From an uncultured archaeon (lineage in GTDB: Archaea; Altiarchaeota; Altiarchaeia; IMC4; SCGC-AAA252-I15), in contig CAZPLO010000002.1 of NCBI GenBank assembly GCA_964587725.1, forward strand, positions 25,521-89,520: a stretch of 64,000 nucleotides of DNA, written 5' to 3'. Below the pieces are notes generated by a model. It made no database searches. It had not been told where the DNA came from and saw only the letters and a program-made list of their open reading frames with translations. Shown piece by piece: positions 19,471 through 28,613 of this stretch. The translations under genes and the position numbers were made by a program. Position 1 is the first letter of the stretch. The number at the start of each line of letters is the position of its first letter.

Positions 19471-20169
19471 ATGGAACAGTTGGACCAGCTCATGGAGTCG
19501 GAGGACGTGACGTGGAGGGACATCCTCTACGAGGTCCTCAGGGGGATGGACCCCTGGGACGTTGATTTGGTGGAGCTGGCCACCCGCTATTCTAAGAAAG
19601 TGGATGAGATGCGGGAGATGAACTTCCGCATACCAGCTAACGTAATACTCGTGTGCTCCGTGCTGCTGCGGATGAAGGCCGACATCATGACCCCGCAGGA
19701 GGACGAGTACCTGGACTACGGAACCTCATTGGATTTCATATTCAACTCCGACTACCCCATCTCCGCGTTGGTCGGCGACGCCGAGCCCTATCCCATAGCG
19801 GTGAAGCCAGCCCGCGTGCTGACCAGGCGGGTTACGGCGGACGAACTCATCGACGCCATACAGGATGCGATGCGCGAGCGGACGAGGAAGGTGGAGCGCG
19901 CAGCAGCCAAAGCAGCATGCCGTGAGGAGGAAGTCCACGAGGACGTGGTGTTGGAGCCTGAAATAAACATTCTCGAAGTCATAGAGGACACCTACCGCAG
20001 GGTGATGGACATCCTGTCGGGGAAGGATGTGGTGTTGTTCAGCGAGATGGCCCGCACGCGGGACGAGATGCTCCACGTGTTCCTCAGCATACTCCACCTC
20101 AGCAACAGCGAAAGAATCTGCCTGAGCCAGGAGCAGCTGTTCGGGGAAATCTACATCCGGCCGGCGTAG
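19471..20169 (+). CDS. scpA: Segregation/condensation protein A (kleisin)
   Basis: MDPWDVDLVELA, LLRMKA, R-x-VTADELIDA and C-terminal FLSILHL...QEQLFGEI. Confidence 0.88.
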   Translation: MEQLDQLMESEDVTWRDILYEVLRGMDPWDVDLVELATRYSKKVDEMREMNFRIPANVILVCSVLLRMKADIMTPQEDEYLDYGTSLDFIFNSDYPISALVGDAEPYPIAVKPARVLTRRVTADELIDAIQDAMRERTRKVERAAAKAACREEEVHEDVVLEPEINILEVIEDTYRRVMDILSGKDVVLFSEMARTRDEMLHVFLSILHLSNSERICLSQEQLFGEIYIRPA

Positions 20170-20205
20170 AACATATTTAAATAACCCCGCCATATACTGT
20201 CTACG

Positions 20206-20628
20206 ATGACGGTCTTAAACTTCAAGATAAACAAGCTGTCCGGGGAGCGCAGGGACAAGAACGTCAAGAGCATCGAGATAAAGGCGAACTCCACCATATT
20301 GTCTGTCAAGAAAGACAAGGACAAGCGAATAGGCGAATACCTGCACGTGAACTTCAAATACACCGTCGCATATGAGCCCGAAGTGGGTGAAGTCCACATG
20401 GAAGGCAGCCTCTGGTACACCCACCCCAAGCTGAACAGCGTCTACTCTGAAATCAAGGACAAGGTGGAGCTGAAGAACGAGGCGGTGAAGGAGATATCAA
20501 ACGCGGTGATACAGGAGAGCATCGTCGAGGCACTGGGTATGTCCCGGAAGCTTCAGCTGCCTGCGCCGTTCCAGCTTCCCACGGTGACTGTGAAGCCGGA
20601 GAAGATGAAGTTCAAAAAAGCCGATTGA
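20206..20628 (+). CDS. Conserved archaeal hypothetical protein, possibly SecB-like fold
   Basis: Beta-strand pattern (VNFKYTVAYEP...HMEG) then a helix ending LQLPAPFQLP; TATA box TTTAAATA upstream. Confidence 0.65.
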   Translation: MTVLNFKINKLSGERRDKNVKSIEIKANSTILSVKKDKDKRIGEYLHVNFKYTVAYEPEVGEVHMEGSLWYTHPKLNSVYSEIKDKVELKNEAVKEISNAVIQESIVEALGMSRKLQLPAPFQLPTVTVKPEKMKFKKAD

Positions 20629-20638
20629 AACCGGTAAA

Positions 20639-20842
20639 ATGGATTCTATGGGGATCTGCGACATCTGCGGTAAACCCGACAGCCTCTACACCTGCAAACT
20701 ATGCGGGCGCCGCGTCTGCCGCGAGCACATAACAGTCGGCGGCGTCTGCAAACAATGCGCCGGCGGCCGGAGCATCCAGGCCGACGAGAAAAGGGTGAAG
20801 GACCGGGTGCTGAAGGAAAAGGGTTTGGACGCCGACTTCTAA
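20639..20842 (+). CDS. Small zinc-finger protein
   Basis: CDIC...CKLCGRRVCREH...CKQC. Confidence 0.7.
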   Translation: MDSMGICDICGKPDSLYTCKLCGRRVCREHITVGGVCKQCAGGRSIQADEKRVKDRVLKEKGLDADF

Positions 20843-22080
20843 GGCGGCGTCACGGTCATAATCCTGCGGGCCTGCTTCGGGTACTCCGCTATGAACTTGA
20901 CCTCGTCTTCCGTGACGGGCTTCTGGGTGTGGACGTTCGCGTATCGTACCAGCTCCAGCACCTCCCGCGCCTCCGTTTCGTTCTTGAACCGTATCTTGTA
21001 GCGGCCCGCCATGTTCTTGAACCCCTTGATGCCGGAGTATTCGCCTGTTGTTATGAGGCGGCCGGTCTCCACCTGCTCTATGTGGCCCCGTCCGACGTCC
21101 TTGTGGTCGTATAGTTCGTAGTTTCGGCGGTCCTTCAATGCGCCGTCCGCGTGTATGCCGGATTCGTGGGCGAAGGCGTTGTCGCCCACAGCCACTTGAT
21201 TCACGGGAATGGGTATGTGGAAGCTGCGGGAGGCGTAGTTGGCTATGGTCCATGCCTTCGACAAATCTATGCCGCTGCCTAGTCTGTATTCCTTTTTGAA
21301 GCCGCTGCTCTTCTGCACGGCAAGTATGCAGGATACGAGGTCGGCGTTGCCCGTGCGTTCGCCGAGGCCGTTTATGGTGGTGTTGATGTATGCGTTGACG
21401 CCCGCGTCCACCGCCGCCTTGGCGCCGGCGACCGAGCAGGCGACCGCCATCCCCAGGTCGTTGTGGCAGTGCAGTTCGATGTCTATGTTGACTGCTTCAG
21501 CCAGCGTCTTCACCTTGTGGTAGATGGTGAAGGGGTCGTCGAATCCGAGTGTGTCGCAGTAGCGTATGCGTGCGGCGCCGTGTTCCTTGGCGTTTTCGCT
21601 GAACTCCACCAGCCGCTCTATGCTGGTTCTCGACGCGTCCTCCGCGTTCACGCCTATGTCTTCGGCGCCGAGGTCTTGGGCGCGGTCCAGGGCGTCGGCT
21701 GTCGCTGCAAGTATGTCCTTCCACTTCATCTTGCCGCCGAACTTCCCCTTTATCATCTGTTTGCTGGTGCTGATGCTCATGTTCAAATATTTTATCTCTG
21801 GGACGAGCTCGAAGGCCTTGTCCACGTCTTTTCGGATGGCGCGCATCCACCCGCTCAGCCGCATCTTCTTTATGGCTCCGAGTTCCGCGAGTTCCAGGTT
21901 AGTGTTCAAGTAGTTTGTCTCGTGCAGTGTCACCGGGAACCCGAACTCGCTCTGCCACACCCCCATCTTGTCGAGGTACATGTTTATCATGGTCTTCTCC
22001 AGTTTCGCCAATCCTATCCTGGAGGTCTGCACCCCGTCGCGGTTGGTGACGTCTATGAAATAAATCCTCTGCTTTGACAT
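20839..22080 (-). CDS. DRE-TIM metallolyase (homocitrate/isopropylmalate synthase family)
   Basis: DVTNRDGVQ, HCHNDLGMA, GLGERTGNA, AHESGIHADG; no C-terminal LeuA regulatory domain. Confidence 0.88.
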   Translation of the reverse strand: MSKQRIYFIDVTNRDGVQTSRIGLAKLEKTMINMYLDKMGVWQSEFGFPVTLHETNYLNTNLELAELGAIKKMRLSGWMRAIRKDVDKAFELVPEIKYLNMSISTSKQMIKGKFGGKMKWKDILAATADALDRAQDLGAEDIGVNAEDASRTSIERLVEFSENAKEHGAARIRYCDTLGFDDPFTIYHKVKTLAEAVNIDIELHCHNDLGMAVACSVAGAKAAVDAGVNAYINTTINGLGERTGNADLVSCILAVQKSSGFKKEYRLGSGIDLSKAWTIANYASRSFHIPIPVNQVAVGDNAFAHESGIHADGALKDRRNYELYDHKDVGRGHIEQVETGRLITTGEYSGIKGFKNMAGRYKIRFKNETEAREVLELVRYANVHTQKPVTEDEVKFIAEYPKQARRIMTVTPP

Positions 22081-22122
22081 GTTGAAATCCTCAGCTATTT
22101 CATATAATATTGCATGAATACT

Positions 22123-22842
22123 TTAAAAATCACCGCTCAGCTGCTTGAGTTCTCCAAAATACAGTATCTCCCCTTCTTCCACGCCGTAGGCCCTGAAACC
22201 GCCGATGTCGCCCTGGAGGAGGGGGCTGAGCGTATTCTCCTGCAGGACATCGACGCCCTCGGCTATGAAGTTCAGCGACGGCAGCACAATCAGGCATCTA
22301 CCCTCCCATTCGCCGACGAGGAAGCACTTCACCTTCTCCACCCTCCCCTCCTCCCTTAAACCGACGCACGGGTGCTCGTGGCCTATCACCACCGTCTCCA
22401 CGCCACGGAGGTCTTCCGGCGGGATGTGGCCGTGGACGAACAATGCCGGTCCGAGTCTGACCTCGTCCAACACCTCCACGTTCCTCTTCCGCGCTATGGG
22501 GCCGAGTATGTTGTCGTGGTTGCCTTTCACCAGCTTCACGTCGTACTCGTCGAACAGCTTGAGGAATTGCAGGACCTCACGCCACTCCTGCCCGCTTATG
22601 CCCCCGAACTCGTGCTTCAAATCGCCGTTGATTATTATTGTCGACGGCCGGGTCTGCTTCACCGCCTCCTTAACATACGACACGACGTCGTTGAACTGGA
22701 AGTGCGGCACCAGCACGCCCTCCCTGTTCAGCATCTCCTCGTAGCCGAGGTGGACGTCCGCGAACACGAGGGTGTCGTGTTCCGGCAGGTGCAGCGTCAG
22801 ACCAACTGCGTCGTAGCCCGAAAGCAGCTCCATGGACTCCAT
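22123..22842 (-). CDS. Calcineurin-like metallophosphoesterase (Lhr-associated type)
   Basis: ADVHLG, NGDLKH, GNHD, VHGH, GHEHP. Confidence 0.9.
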   Translation of the reverse strand: MESMELLSGYDAVGLTLHLPEHDTLVFADVHLGYEEMLNREGVLVPHFQFNDVVSYVKEAVKQTRPSTIIINGDLKHEFGGISGQEWREVLQFLKLFDEYDVKLVKGNHDNILGPIARKRNVEVLDEVRLGPALFVHGHIPPEDLRGVETVVIGHEHPCVGLREEGRVEKVKCFLVGEWEGRCLIVLPSLNFIAEGVDVLQENTLSPLLQGDIGGFRAYGVEEGEILYFGELKQLSGDF

Positions 22843-22876
22843 CGAACTATTTTTAGGGCGGGGGGATAATTAAAAC

Positions 22877-23812
22877 ATGGGGGTAAGGGATTTGTTCTGG
22901 GGTTCGGCTCGGGCTGCCGCAGTAGTCCTGCAGGCGCTGGGTTTAACAGACCTCAAACTCCGCCTGCTGCCGTCGGATGCCGCGGCAATAGTATTCTACC
23001 ACAACCCATCTGGGGGGCTGTTCAGGCGGCATATGCGGTTCCTGAAAAAAAGGTATAATATCGTCCCGCTGCGTCACGTAGTCGACCATGTCCGAGGTGA
23101 AAAGCAGCTCCCCCGGAATTCACTGGCCATAACCTTCGACGACGGATTCAAGGAACTCTACACGGAAGTGTATCCCGTGCTGCAGGAGGAAAAGGTTCCG
23201 GCGACCGTGTTCCTGGTGTCGGATTACTTGGACACTGACACGGAGCTGTGGTGGATTCTGTTGAGGAGCGTCAGGGAGGCTGGTGAGGATGTTCCAGACG
23301 AGCAGAGCCTGAAGGACATCCCGGATGAAGAGAAAAACAGGCTGCTCAAGGAGCTCGCTGAAAAATACCATGTGGTCGGGGGGGACGCCTGCCTGTCCTC
23401 CAGTGAAGTAAGGGACATGCTGTCCGGCGGCCTCGTTACCGTCGGTTCACACACCAAAACGCACCCGTGCCTCATCAGAACCGGCAGGGAGAAGATGGCT
23501 GACGAAATCCGCGGCTCCAAAAGAGACTTGGAGGAAATGTTCGGCGTCGGCGTGGATGTCCTATCATACCCCAACGGGGACTTCAACCAGGAAGTCGTTG
23601 AAGCCGCAAGGAAAGCGGGCTACAGGGCGGCGTTGACCGTGCTCCCCGGACGGAATCCGCGGGGCGCGGACCCCTACCGGGTAAGGCGTTTCCACGCGGA
23701 CGGTGAAGCTGGCCTAGCACTCATCAACCTCCAGTGCTCCGGATTATCTGCTGTCGTGGGACTGGATTTCATCCAGGAGCGGTGGCACCGGAGACGCGGC
23801 GTCGGGCCTTAA
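22877..23812 (+). CDS. Polysaccharide deacetylase (NodB/PgaB-like)
   Basis: FYH, ITFDDGF, GSHTKTHP, SYPNG. Confidence 0.9.
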   Translation: MGVRDLFWGSARAAAVVLQALGLTDLKLRLLPSDAAAIVFYHNPSGGLFRRHMRFLKKRYNIVPLRHVVDHVRGEKQLPRNSLAITFDDGFKELYTEVYPVLQEEKVPATVFLVSDYLDTDTELWWILLRSVREAGEDVPDEQSLKDIPDEEKNRLLKELAEKYHVVGGDACLSSSEVRDMLSGGLVTVGSHTKTHPCLIRTGREKMADEIRGSKRDLEEMFGVGVDVLSYPNGDFNQEVVEAARKAGYRAALTVLPGRNPRGADPYRVRRFHADGEAGLALINLQCSGLSAVVGLDFIQERWHRRRGVGP

Positions 23813-26376
23813 TCGCCTATCCTCTCCAGCAGCGCCTCATGCATCCTCCGTATGAACTCCCGCCTGTCCTCGGTGCGGAGTACGTCCATGTAGCCCCTGC
23901 CTATGAGGTTCAAGGCGAACGGCGTGGGTATGTCCGTGTTGATTTCAACCACATCTATCCTGCCGGCTGTTATCTTCGCCAGCACTTCGGCGGCGCTTTT
24001 GATGTCCATCAAATCCTCGAAGACTTCCCGGCGGGCCTCCTCGAGTATGGGGAATTTCTGGTCCAGTTTTTTCACGAAGCTCAGCAGTATCCTGCCCCCC
24101 ATCTGCTGCCGTCCCACGCTCTTACGGCGGCCCTTATAATTTCGGAGTATCATCATGGCGCGGGCTGCGCAGTGGCGGAAACGGCGCATAAGTACTTCTG
24201 TCTTGTCCACGGCCTCAACCAGCATGCTGCGGAGGTTGTTTTCGTTCAACTGTTTGAAGGCGTTGTATGCCTGTACCTTCCCATTCAACGTCAGGTAGAA
24301 TCCGTTGTCCGACAGGCTTATGGCGACGTTCTTCCGCTCCTTCCTCGATATGATGTATGCGACGGCTCGCGACAGCGCGTCGTTGACGCGGCGGCCGAAC
24401 AAACTGTGGAACACTATATATCTCTTCTTGAACGCCTTGTTGTATTCTATCACAATCCGTTTGTCGTGCGGTATCACCGAGTAACGGTACTGTTCGCGGA
24501 AGTACTGGTATATGCTGTTGACTGCGTTGTCGTCCGCGTACAAGTACTCGTGGAGCCACTTCTTCACCTCCGCTTCGGGCTTGTCCATCCGCTCCTCCAT
24601 CAGCCGTCTGAACCGCTGAATCTCCATCGCCAGCCCGTAGCTTAATGGGAGGCTCTCGCTCGCCCACGAAGGCACCGTCGGCGGCCCCGCATCTGGTTTC
24701 ACGTGGCAAGTCATGCCGCGGCAGTAGTGAAACCGGTAGATTTTACCGCCCAACACGAAGATGTCCCCTTTGGTGAGTCTCTCCAGAAAGGCTTCATCTA
24801 GCTTCCCCACCATCTGGTCCCCGACCTTCACCTTCACGAACGACTCGTCGGGGATGGTGCCGATGTTGGTGCTGTATATGGGCCGCGCCAGCCGCCCCCG
24901 CTTACCCATCAACCCCGTGTCCTCGTCCACCCAGATTTTGGCGTACACGCTCCGCTGCTCCAGTTCCGCGTAGTCCCCCGCCAGATAGGATATGACGCTG
25001 TCGAAGTCCTCCCGCTTCAAATTCCGGTAGCAGTAGCTGCGTTTCACCGTAGCGTACACGTTTTCCACGTAGTCTCTCCCGGAGATGGCTGTCGCGTATA
25101 TCTGCTGCGCCAGCACGTCTAAGCAGTTTTCCGGGATGTCTATCTCGTCTATCCTGCCTTCGACCGCGTTCTTCAGCAGCACGCTGCATTCCACCAGGTC
25201 ATCGCGGTCCAACACGATTATTCGGCCCTTGGCTTTGTCGTGCAGCCGGTGGCCGGACCTGCCTATACGCTGCAGCGCCCGCGAAACGCTTTTAGGAGAA
25301 CCCAGGAGGACTACCAGGTCTATGTATCCGATGTCTATGCCCAATTCCAGGCTGGTGGACGACACAACCACCTTCAACTCCCCCCTTTTCAGTTTCTCCT
25401 CCACATCGAGGCGGTGGTCAGCGCTCAACGAGCTGTGGTGGGCGCCGACGTTCTCCATGTATTTGCCTGGGAACTTGGTCTTCAAGTGGTTTATCACCCG
25501 TTCCGTGCCGGAGCGGGTGTTGGTGAACACCAGTGTCGTCTTATGCTGCTGTATGAGGTCGTCAAGGAGGTTGTAGAGGCTGTTCTGCATGTGCTCCTGG
25601 CTCGACGACACCATGTTCGACACCGGACACAACACCTTGATGTCCAGTTCCTTCGCGTATCGGACGTCCACTATACGGCAGTCACGGGGCTTCCCCCTCT
25701 CGTATCCGACCACGTACTCCGCAATCTTGTCTAGGGGGTTTATGGTGGCGCTCAACCCTATGCGGGTGAACCTGCCTGCGAGGTTCTGCAGGCGTTCAAC
25801 GCTCAGACTCAGGTCGACGCCGCGCTTGTTTTCCGCGAGGGCGTGGACTTCGTCCAGGATGAGCCACTTCAAATCCTTCAGCTTCTGGCTGAACTTCGGC
25901 GACGCGAGAATCAACGCCAGGCTCTCCGGCGTGGTGATGAGTATGTGCGGCGGCGTCTTCAGCATCCTGGCCCGCTGGCTGGTGGGTGTGTCGCCTGTGC
26001 GGACCATCACCCGTATGCCCAGGTCCTTCCCGTGGAGTTCCTCCAGTTCCGCGAGCGGCTCCTCCAGGTTACGGTGTATGTCGTTGTTCAACGCCTTCAA
26101 CGGGGACACGTACAGGCAGTACACCTTGTCCTCCAGGCCCCCCACCAGAGATTGCTCGATGAGCTTGTCCAACACGCTCATGAACGCCGTCAGCGTTTTA
26201 CCGCTGCCTGTTGGGGCGGACACCACCGTGTTCTTCCCGTGCATGATGTTCGGTATCGCGTGCAGCTGCGGCGGCGCGAACTCACCGTATTTTTCGCCGA
26301 ACCACCGTCTCACCAGCGGATGCAGCTCCTTCAGTATCGCATCCCTCGGATACGGCTCCTTCTGAAACTCTACCAT
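23809..26376 (-). CDS. lhr: ATP-dependent Lhr-type SF2 helicase
   Basis: APTGSGKT, SPLKAL, TTPESL, DEVH, LELGID, QRIGRSGH, IGTIPD. Start at MVEFQ, 24 nt after a TTTTATA box. Confidence 0.93.
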   Translation of the reverse strand: MVEFQKEPYPRDAILKELHPLVRRWFGEKYGEFAPPQLHAIPNIMHGKNTVVSAPTGSGKTLTAFMSVLDKLIEQSLVGGLEDKVYCLYVSPLKALNNDIHRNLEEPLAELEELHGKDLGIRVMVRTGDTPTSQRARMLKTPPHILITTPESLALILASPKFSQKLKDLKWLILDEVHALAENKRGVDLSLSVERLQNLAGRFTRIGLSATINPLDKIAEYVVGYERGKPRDCRIVDVRYAKELDIKVLCPVSNMVSSSQEHMQNSLYNLLDDLIQQHKTTLVFTNTRSGTERVINHLKTKFPGKYMENVGAHHSSLSADHRLDVEEKLKRGELKVVVSSTSLELGIDIGYIDLVVLLGSPKSVSRALQRIGRSGHRLHDKAKGRIIVLDRDDLVECSVLLKNAVEGRIDEIDIPENCLDVLAQQIYATAISGRDYVENVYATVKRSYCYRNLKREDFDSVISYLAGDYAELEQRSVYAKIWVDEDTGLMGKRGRLARPIYSTNIGTIPDESFVKVKVGDQMVGKLDEAFLERLTKGDIFVLGGKIYRFHYCRGMTCHVKPDAGPPTVPSWASESLPLSYGLAMEIQRFRRLMEERMDKPEAEVKKWLHEYLYADDNAVNSIYQYFREQYRYSVIPHDKRIVIEYNKAFKKRYIVFHSLFGRRVNDALSRAVAYIISRKERKNVAISLSDNGFYLTLNGKVQAYNAFKQLNENNLRSMLVEAVDKTEVLMRRFRHCAARAMMILRNYKGRRKSVGRQQMGGRILLSFVKKLDQKFPILEEARREVFEDLMDIKSAAEVLAKITAGRIDVVEINTDIPTPFALNLIGRGYMDVLRTEDRREFIRRMHEALLERIGD

Positions 26377-26409
26377 AGCGCTTTTAATACGACATTCCAA
26401 TATAAAACC

Positions 26410-26528
26410 GAGGGGTGGATGGTTCGGCCGTCAACAATTTGTAACCGGGTCCGCGACCGACATCCGAGCAATACATGACGTTGCCGGCGGGGCGGACATC
26501 CAATGTAAAACGCATGAACCAGCCCCTC
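26410..26528 (+). ncRNA. Candidate structured non-coding RNA (rod with central bubble); strand not certain
   Basis: Nested inverted repeats fill the interval between the lhr and dUTPase promoters (detailed in findings). Confidence 0.5.
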
Positions 26529-26574
26529 ACTTCTTCTCAAGCACTTTTTATATGGTGTTTCACACCCTGTAACC

Positions 26575-27024
26575 ATGGCTGAAATACTGAAGGGCAATGA
26601 TGCGGCATCCATGGTGTCGGAGGTCGTCCACATGGAAACGCAGGTTAAGGAAAACAGCATAGACTTGACGGTGTCCGAGGTTTATGCGCTTGAAGGGAAG
26701 GGGGCGCTGGACTTCGGAGGCAGCGAGTACACGGAACCACGGAGGGGCAGGCTGCAGCCCGTCAAGGAGGGCGACGACGAATACGGGTGGTGGGATTTGA
26801 AGCCCGGCACCTACCTGATAACCTTGAACGAGGTCGTCTCAGGGCTGAAGGGCGTGGGGTTCCTGTCGCCGCATCCCAGATTGTTGAAGGCGGGGGCCAC
26901 GCATCCGACGCTGTTCACAATGGAGTGGAAGAAAGACTACATACTGCCTATAGAGGTGAGTATGCAGGGTTTGAAGATCAAGGAGAACGCCCGCGTGTCG
27001 AAGCTGATGGTACTCCGTCTCTGA
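26575..27024 (+). CDS. dCTP deaminase / trimeric dUTPase family protein
   Basis: QV-x2-NSIDLTV, LKPGTYLITLNE and ENARVSKL. Confidence 0.8.
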   Translation: MAEILKGNDAASMVSEVVHMETQVKENSIDLTVSEVYALEGKGALDFGGSEYTEPRRGRLQPVKEGDDEYGWWDLKPGTYLITLNEVVSGLKGVGFLSPHPRLLKAGATHPTLFTMEWKKDYILPIEVSMQGLKIKENARVSKLMVLRL

Positions 27025-27853
27025 AGTACTCTTCCACGAACGGCGGCAGGTTGAAGCTGCTGAAGTGGGTTCCGCGGCTGTAGTACCTAGCATCCAGGCC
27101 GTCTGCATCGTCTATCCTCTGCGGCTTCAAGGGACTGTGTTTCAGCGAGCAGAAGTAGAACCCTATGAGGCCGCTGGGGTACGTCGGCACGACGGTGTAG
27201 TAGTAGTCTACGACCGGGAACAAATCCTTTATGAATGTGTACATGTCCTCTATGATGTTCTTGTGGAGGAAGAAGGACTCGCCCTGGCTGACTATTATCC
27301 CGTTTTTTCTGAGAGCTGCCTTCATGCCCTTGTAGAACGGCTTCTGAAACAGCACCTCCGCGGGGCCTACGGGATCGGAGGAGTCCACGATAATGACGTC
27401 GAAGGCGCCTTTGTTCTCGCGCACGAACTCGGCCCCGTCTCTGAAGTGGAGTGTGACGCGGTCGTCGTCCAAGCCGGAGGCCATGTTGGGGAAGTACTCC
27501 CTGCACACGTCCACCACGCCCTCGTCTATCTCGCACAGGTGCGCTTCCCGGACGCAGTCGTGTTTCAGCACCTCGCGTATGACGCCGCCGTCTCCGCCGC
27601 CGATGACCAGCACCTTCTCCGGGCGGGGGTGGGTTATCAACGGGACATGCGATATCATCTCCTGATAGCAGAATTCGTCGAATTCCGTGAACATTATAAT
27701 TCCGTCCAACGCCAGCATCCTCCCGAAATTGGTTGTTTCCAACACGTCTATCTGCTGGTAATCCGTCTTCCGGCTGAGGAGGTGCTGTTTTATCTTCAGT
27801 TTCGTGGTTATGCCTCTCTCCAGCTCCAGCGCCTCCTCAAACCACAGCTCCAT
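26978..27853 (-). CDS. speE: Polyamine aminopropyltransferase (spermidine synthase)
   Basis: VLVIGGGDGGVIRE, CEID, DVIIVDSSDPVGP, PTYPSG. Confidence 0.95.
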   Translation of the reverse strand: MELWFEEALELERGITTKLKIKQHLLSRKTDYQQIDVLETTNFGRMLALDGIIMFTEFDEFCYQEMISHVPLITHPRPEKVLVIGGGDGGVIREVLKHDCVREAHLCEIDEGVVDVCREYFPNMASGLDDDRVTLHFRDGAEFVRENKGAFDVIIVDSSDPVGPAEVLFQKPFYKGMKAALRKNGIIVSQGESFFLHKNIIEDMYTFIKDLFPVVDYYYTVVPTYPSGLIGFYFCSLKHSPLKPQRIDDADGLDARYYSRGTHFSSFNLPPFVEEYFRDGVPSASTRGRSP

Positions 27854-27856
27854 CCT

Positions 27857-28225
27857 CTAGGACCTCGCTGTGACCTTGTACACTACGCGCTCGCCCTTGA
27901 AGAATTCCTTGGTGAACGCCACTGCTTTTTCGACGTCGTAGGGTTTGCAGCTGAAGATGTCTATGTAGGCGGTGTTGGAGGCGTTGGCGAAGTGGCCTGA
28001 AATCAGGGATGTTTCGATGAGCTGTATCATGCTGTATCCCTCCACCCGCTCGTCCTCGCCAAAATGAACAACCTGGGTGTCGCCGAACCGCCTCATCTCG
28101 ATGAGGTCGCAGAGCTCCACAACATACTCTTTTATCTTGTCGGCGTCCCGTATGATGCCGGGGTCGCAGTCGTACACGTCCACGGCCGTGGACACCCCCC
28201 ACACGTTCTCGTTTATGCTCTCCAT
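27857..28225 (-). CDS. SpeD-fold pyruvoyl decarboxylase, divergent paralog
   Basis: GYS...LIETSLISGHF...YIDIFSCK; the ESH cleavage motif is replaced by ETSL. Confidence 0.8.
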   Translation of the reverse strand: MESINENVWGVSTAVDVYDCDPGIIRDADKIKEYVVELCDLIEMRRFGDTQVVHFGEDERVEGYSMIQLIETSLISGHFANASNTAYIDIFSCKPYDVEKAVAFTKEFFKGERVVYKVTARS

Positions 28226-28226
28226 C

Positions 28227-28613
28227 TTATGCTGTTGGCTTATACTTCAGCGTGTACTCCGGGAAATCCAACACACCACGTTTCAACTCCATGACGGTGG
28301 CGTTACCGGCTTGGAACGCATTCTTCATGTGTTTGAGTGCTGCGTGGTTGTCGACGGTTTCCCCGCACGTGAATATGTCTATGGCGCAGTAGCCGTACTC
28401 CGGCCACGTGTGTATGCTGAAATGCGACTCCGCGATGACGACGACGCCGCTTACGCCGTGCGGCGCGAACTTGTGGAAAACCGACTTGATTCTCGTAGCC
28501 TTCGAGACATGGACTGCCTCGTTGAGTATGTCCTCAACCTCCCGGGTGTCGTTCAGCGTCTCCCGGTTGCAGTCGAACAGTTCCACTATGAAGTGCTTCC
28601 CCAACGCATCCAT
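28227..28613 (-). CDS. speD: S-adenosylmethionine decarboxylase proenzyme
   Basis: LGKH, GVSGVVVIAESHFSIHTWPE, DIFTCG; GGAGGT SD 8 nt upstream. Confidence 0.93.
   Translation of the reverse strand: MDALGKHFIVELFDCNRETLNDTREVEDILNEAVHVSKATRIKSVFHKFAPHGVSGVVVIAESHFSIHTWPEYGYCAIDIFTCGETVDNHAALKHMKNAFQAGNATVMELKRGVLDFPEYTLKYKPTA

Noticed and set aside
26410-26528. 5S rRNA or SRP RNA (length similar to 5S)
   Set aside because: Lacks the 5S three-way junction and loop-C CCGAAC placement, and lacks the SRP helix-8 GNRA motif.
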